Source: Patescibacteria group bacterium
GTDB taxonomy: Bacteria > Patescibacteriota > Minisyncoccia > Moranbacterales > JAKLHP01
Assembly (NCBI GenBank): GCA_043803385.1
Contig: JAZDKA010000009.1
Span: 3,092-67,091 of the forward strand
DNA length: 64,000 nt
Direction: 5' to 3'
The notes under the pieces were generated by a model. That model saw only the letters and a list, made by a program, of their open reading frames with translations. It had not been told where the DNA came from and ran no database searches. Both the position numbers and the translations under genes were made by a program. Shown here piece by piece: positions 60,189 to 64,000 of this stretch. Numbering within the stretch: the stretch's first letter is position 1; each line of letters begins with the position of its first letter.

Positions 60189-60311
60189 CAAAAAGTTGGT
60201 ACGGGATAAGGCTTCGCTAAGGTTGAACCTTAGCGGCGTAAACAGGGCTCATAAAAATTCCAAAAATAAAATTAATAATCAGTTTATTTATTTTTTAATA
60301 GCTTAAAAAAT

Positions 60312-61010
60312 ATGAAAAATTTAAAAGGATTTTCATTTTTAGCGCTTATCTTCATTGTTGCCGGAATGGCTTTATTTTCGGCAGCGGCAATATATGCCGT
60401 GAAAAAAAATCCCGGAACATTCTCTTTAACAACACCGCAAGAAAAAGCGGAAGAAAAATCGACAGAAAGCGGAGCATCGGGAGGGGGAAAATCAATGGCG
60501 GAGAGATTTCTGGATATGGTCGGCCAAAAAATCAAATCTATCATTACCCCCAAGGCGCCCATAGGAAATTTGACGCCTGTCCGCGATCTTCGGGGAACCT
60601 GGAAGTCGTCTTTAGCGGGGAAAGGAATACAAGTCTATGGCCAATTCAAAACTGGCCCCGGAACTACTCAGGTTTACCAAGAAGGAGATATCAAATTAAT
60701 TATCACTTCTGTGGAAAACAACATTGCTTCTGGAACTATTCAATATACGAACTTATGCACTTGGGGCAGAACAACCGCGCCCAAAATACCCACTATTAGC
60801 ATACCTAAGAGATGTGCCAGTCCGAGCGCCAGTCCAATCGGAATCAGGGTCAGTGGCACTCGCCTGGATTTTGGCACAGTTGCTACTGGTGACACCACAG
60901 CTACTATGCAAGGCACCTACACTACTGACATCATAACTGGAAGCATGACAGTAAATCTTCCCGCCTATGGAGTCCTTAAGGGAGAATTCCATCTTAGCCG
61001 GGCTAAATAA
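60312..61010 (+). CDS. Hypothetical secreted/membrane-anchored protein
   Basis: KG|FSFLALI pilin-like hydrophobic N-terminus; Thr/Gly-rich beta domain. Confidence 0.7.
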   Translation: MKNLKGFSFLALIFIVAGMALFSAAAIYAVKKNPGTFSLTTPQEKAEEKSTESGASGGGKSMAERFLDMVGQKIKSIITPKAPIGNLTPVRDLRGTWKSSLAGKGIQVYGQFKTGPGTTQVYQEGDIKLIITSVENNIASGTIQYTNLCTWGRTTAPKIPTISIPKRCASPSASPIGIRVSGTRLDFGTVATGDTTATMQGTYTTDIITGSMTVNLPAYGVLKGEFHLSRAK

Positions 61011-61065
61011 TTACATAAAAGTTATCAGATGGTTTTTGATAGCATCTATCCCGCGGAGCATACAA

Positions 61066-61097
61066 AACAAACCCCGCTTTAAAGGCGGGGTTTTTTG
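61066..61097. terminator. Bidirectional terminator
   Basis: AAACCCCGCTTT-AAAGGCGGGGTTTTTT between convergent genes. Confidence 0.8.
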
Positions 61098-61126
61098 TAT
61101 GCAATTTTTTTCAAAACAGATTGAAG

Positions 61127-62095
61127 CTATTTGTTGATTGTCCAGCTGTCGGCGATTGTTTTAATGACATCCGAATATTTATCAAAGTTGTCAAACGGAG
61201 CCCGATAGGCCCAGGCATGGAAAGTCAGGCTATCGCCATGAGGAACAACAATTTGAAGCTGTTTGTATTTCTGCCCTTGATAAGTAAAGGCCATGGCAAA
61301 ACTTTTTGCGATGAGTTCAAGCCCGTCAGCTCTTTTTAGATTGATGTCCTGTGAATCGCCAATAACAGCTGATTTATCCATGCTTTGTACTTGTTTTTTT
61401 AGGTCTTTTACGACATCTCCGGAGTCAGTATATTTTCCTCCTCTATTTACTGACGCAAGATTTTGGACATTAACCGTAACGTCGGACATATTTTTCTCTT
61501 TTGGTCCCCTGAAGACAACCGTGACATTATCCGGTTTTTCGTAAGTCCAATCTTTCGGGTATTGTATTGAATATCCAAGAGTTGCATCGGAAAAAGTATT
61601 CATATCACTGGAATTTACTGACGCGGATTTATTTTCCAGGCTGCTGCTTATTCCGGAATCGGAAGAGCTTAAATCGACGGACAAAATCTTCCACTCCTTG
61701 TTTTCCTTGATAAATTGATATTTCACCGGCGTTACTGTGCCGTCTTTGGCTGAAAGCGTTCCCGTTATAGTTCCTGTTTCGCCTTTAATTTCCCGGCTGG
61801 TAAAAGTATGGCTTTTATAATTTTTGAGAACTTCGTAATTGTTTACATAATTTACAAATTTGTCATAGCTGACAGATCTTTGAAATTCGTTCGAAGTTAG
61901 ATTATAAGCGCCTTTGAAGTCTCCGCTGGCGATTAAATTTAGCTGTTTCTCGGATACTTTGACAATTCCGGAAGTTGCCTGAAAGGCCCAATAAATTATC
62001 AGCACGATAAAAATTCCGATTCCAATCAGAATTTTTTTCCATAATTGCATTTTCTTTTTCGGCTTTCCCTCTTTGGGAATAGTTGTGTTTTCCAT
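61127..62095 (-). CDS. Membrane-anchored protein with NTF2-like (DUF4864-like) and PsbP-like domains
   Basis: AYNLTS.EFQ...KENKEWKI; GYSIQYPKDW. Confidence 0.7.
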   Translation of the reverse strand: MENTTIPKEGKPKKKMQLWKKILIGIGIFIVLIIYWAFQATSGIVKVSEKQLNLIASGDFKGAYNLTSNEFQRSVSYDKFVNYVNNYEVLKNYKSHTFTSREIKGETGTITGTLSAKDGTVTPVKYQFIKENKEWKILSVDLSSSDSGISSSLENKSASVNSSDMNTFSDATLGYSIQYPKDWTYEKPDNVTVVFRGPKEKNMSDVTVNVQNLASVNRGGKYTDSGDVVKDLKKQVQSMDKSAVIGDSQDINLKRADGLELIAKSFAMAFTYQGQKYKQLQIVVPHGDSLTFHAWAYRAPFDNFDKYSDVIKTIADSWTINK

Positions 62096-62205
62096 TTTTT
62101 TAAGTTAATTTTTACGTTTTTATTATACCAGGTTATTGGGATTTTTGCAAAGAGACAAACCGTGGTAGAATTAACGCAAGGTTAATAATTAAATTCTTTA
62201 AAGGC

Positions 62206-62652
62206 ATGGTTTTATTTGACGAACTTAAAAAAATCGTCTCGGAAATTCCAGCCGAGCTTAATGAGAAAAAAGGGATTTACTCATTCGAAGTTCTAGTGGC
62301 GGAAAGAAAAGCTTTTCTTTCCAGGAAAAAGCTTACGTATTCTGCCAAGTTTCGGATCAATGAAGAAGGAAAAGAAGTGAAATTTACGGAAATGCTGAAA
62401 GAATCCGGATCGGGATTATCTTCCGGCGGAGGAGGATTTAACGGCGAAATGAGTGCCGGTTTCGGATTTAAAACGGAGAGCTATAACACGCTTTCCGGAG
62501 CGCGGGAGGGAAATATCGAAGAGCAATCCAATCTTTTCGGAAAAAAATATGAATACAAATTCGATTTCGGAGCCATAAGAAAGAAATTTGAAGAAAAAGC
62601 TAAGGAAAACGGATATCAATTCTCCTATCAAATTACCAGCATCGGGCTATAG
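62206..62652 (+). CDS. Hypothetical protein
   Basis: 148-aa ORF preceded by TTGCAA...TAGAAT promoter-like sequence. Confidence 0.7.
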   Translation: MVLFDELKKIVSEIPAELNEKKGIYSFEVLVAERKAFLSRKKLTYSAKFRINEEGKEVKFTEMLKESGSGLSSGGGGFNGEMSAGFGFKTESYNTLSGAREGNIEEQSNLFGKKYEYKFDFGAIRKKFEEKAKENGYQFSYQITSIGL

Positions 62653-62780
62653 GCACAATTGACGGATATTTCAGAAGTGTTATTATATCCATATGCCACA
62701 GTGGCATGCAGAAGCAGCGTAGTCGAACTTTTCTTGCATAATAACCAAGTGAGCATTTAACTAATTTTCATACAAGCAAA

Positions 62781-62981
62781 ATGGCAAAAGGAACAATAAA
62801 GAAACTAACCGACAGAGGTTTTGGTTTCATTGCGCCTGAAGGGGAAGAAAAAGAACTCTTCTTCCATTCCACAGAACTTCAAGGAGTTCAATTCAATGAA
62901 CTTAAAGAAGGAGATGCTGTTGAATTCGAAGTAAGCGAAAGCCCTAAGGGACCGAATGCGACTCAAGTAAAGCGAGTTTAA
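62781..62981 (+). CDS. Cold-shock protein
   Basis: RGFGFI, LFFH, KGPNA. Confidence 0.95.
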   Translation: MAKGTIKKLTDRGFGFIAPEGEEKELFFHSTELQGVQFNELKEGDAVEFEVSESPKGPNATQVKRV

Positions 62982-63004
62982 TTCGTTTTTACATTAGAGT
63001 TTTT

Positions 63005-63031
63005 AAAACCCGCCTCATCGGCGGGTTTTTT
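63005..63031 (+). terminator. Intrinsic terminator after csp
   Basis: AAAACCCGCC-TCATC-GGCGGGTTTTTT. Confidence 0.85.
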
Positions 63032-63073
63032 GGAATAGATTTTTATTCCTCTTTGTAATAAGATTATATTGTT

Positions 63074-63182
63074 AGGACTTGCGCATTTGCCTCTGCCAAT
63101 CCCGCTGCTCCGGCGCGATAACGGACTATTTTATAATCGCGCCTCCGAAAAGCGGATTGCCATAGCCAACCGCGCAAGTCCC
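63074..63182. mobile_element. Structured MITE-like element, copy 3
   Basis: AGGACTTGCGC...GCGCAAGTCCC. Confidence 0.75.
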
Positions 63183-63195
63183 GATTATGCTGCAG

Positions 63196-64000
63196 ATGAA
63201 AATAAAAAATTTTTATGCCTTTTTTGTCATCCTGATGATAGCTTCTTTTACAGGAAGCCTGCTTTGGATTAAAACTCATTATTATTTTCCTGATTCTTCC
63301 CAAGTTATTATTTCCAGGAAAAAAGAAAGGAAACCGATGGAGTTTAAGAAAATAGAAAGGCCGAAGCCGAATCCCGTGTCCATGGAACGGCTGAAAAAGC
63401 AAGGGTGCGTGGCAGACGGCCTGCTTTCGGAATATAATCCGGACCGGGAACAGTACATTTCCTTAATTAACCGCTCTAATTGCTATTATCTCCATAGGGC
63501 AGTAGAAACTTGGCTTACCCCTCCAGATTTTGAAACTATAGAATATGTTATGAACCGGATTGAAAAGAAAGACGTGGTTTATGGGATGTTTATTGCCGAA
63601 GCGCTAAAAACCAACGCGCACTATGATTTTCCCAAAGAGAATCGGGAATTTGATTTTGGAAAAATGTGTCAGGAAGGAAGTGAAAATATCTGGGGAGAGC
63701 ATTCCTGCAAGCCGGATTTCGGAAGCGGAGAATACAGGGAATATTTAAGGCATATAACGGAAGGGGCAATTGATCTGGGAATCCAAAGCTTTATGCTCGG
63801 GCAGGTTTATTTCCAGGAAAACGGGAGGAGGGATCGTGTCATTGATATAGTGAAAGAAATGCGCGCCTATGCCAAGAAAAAAGGAGTGAACATAATTATC
63901 GGAGCGCAAACAGGAAAAATAACCGACCCTTCTTTTATATCGCGATTCGATTATATTGAAGGAGGAGTGGGTATCGATGAAAATGGCGTTCTCCCGGAAG
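63196..64000 (+). CDS. Hypothetical membrane-anchored protein (3' truncated by window)
   Basis: Open frame MKIKNFYAFFVILMIASFTGSLLW...GCVADGLLS...FDYIEGGVG to window end; absent from ORF track because it has no stop. Confidence 0.75.
   Translation, partial: MKIKNFYAFFVILMIASFTGSLLWIKTHYYFPDSSQVIISRKKERKPMEFKKIERPKPNPVSMERLKKQGCVADGLLSEYNPDREQYISLINRSNCYYLHRAVETWLTPPDFETIEYVMNRIEKKDVVYGMFIAEALKTNAHYDFPKENREFDFGKMCQEGSENIWGEHSCKPDFGSGEYREYLRHITEGAIDLGIQSFMLGQVYFQENGRRDRVIDIVKEMRAYAKKKGVNIIIGAQTGKITDPSFISRFDYIEGGVGIDENGVLPE

Noticed and set aside
63064-63402. ORFs 63064-63402 (-) and 63069-63272 (+), also 43408-43695 and 43181-43408
   Set aside because: They read through the 109-bp element or lie over better-supported genes

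Overview
AT-rich bacterial chromosomal window using the standard genetic code. Gene content (IleRS2, short ValRS, type IV pilus/competence cluster, DUF11/CAP/VanW surface proteins, tRNA-Arg(UCG), tRNAs mostly lacking encoded CCA) suggests Patescibacteria/CPR (Parcubacteria); this is inference. Housekeeping genes: uvrA (partial), rsmI, ileS, recO, tgt, murA, mreB, holB, ychF, groEL with CIRCE, valS, HU, tsaD, csp, plus six tRNAs. Main signals: (1) Three dispersed accessory slots start with the same ~52-bp module (DnaA box, -35, extended -10 inside the palindrome GTGATA-N3-TATCAC). Two hold restriction-modification pairs ending in vsr-like gene tails. The third holds a proteasome-beta-like Ntn hydrolase plus a PIN-domain gene and a methyltransferase stub, a candidate new defence system. 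(2) A dense set of micro-elements: degenerate 7-9 bp tandem arrays (inverted pairs between genes, in-frame inside core genes), several palindromic families, and a 109-bp element with compensatory base changes. (3) tRNA-Glu and tRNA-Asn each lie behind a disrupted 5' copy of themselves, joined through the same element terminus. No integrase, transposase, reverse transcriptase or CRISPR array is visible. All assignments were made by eye from motifs; no database searches were run.
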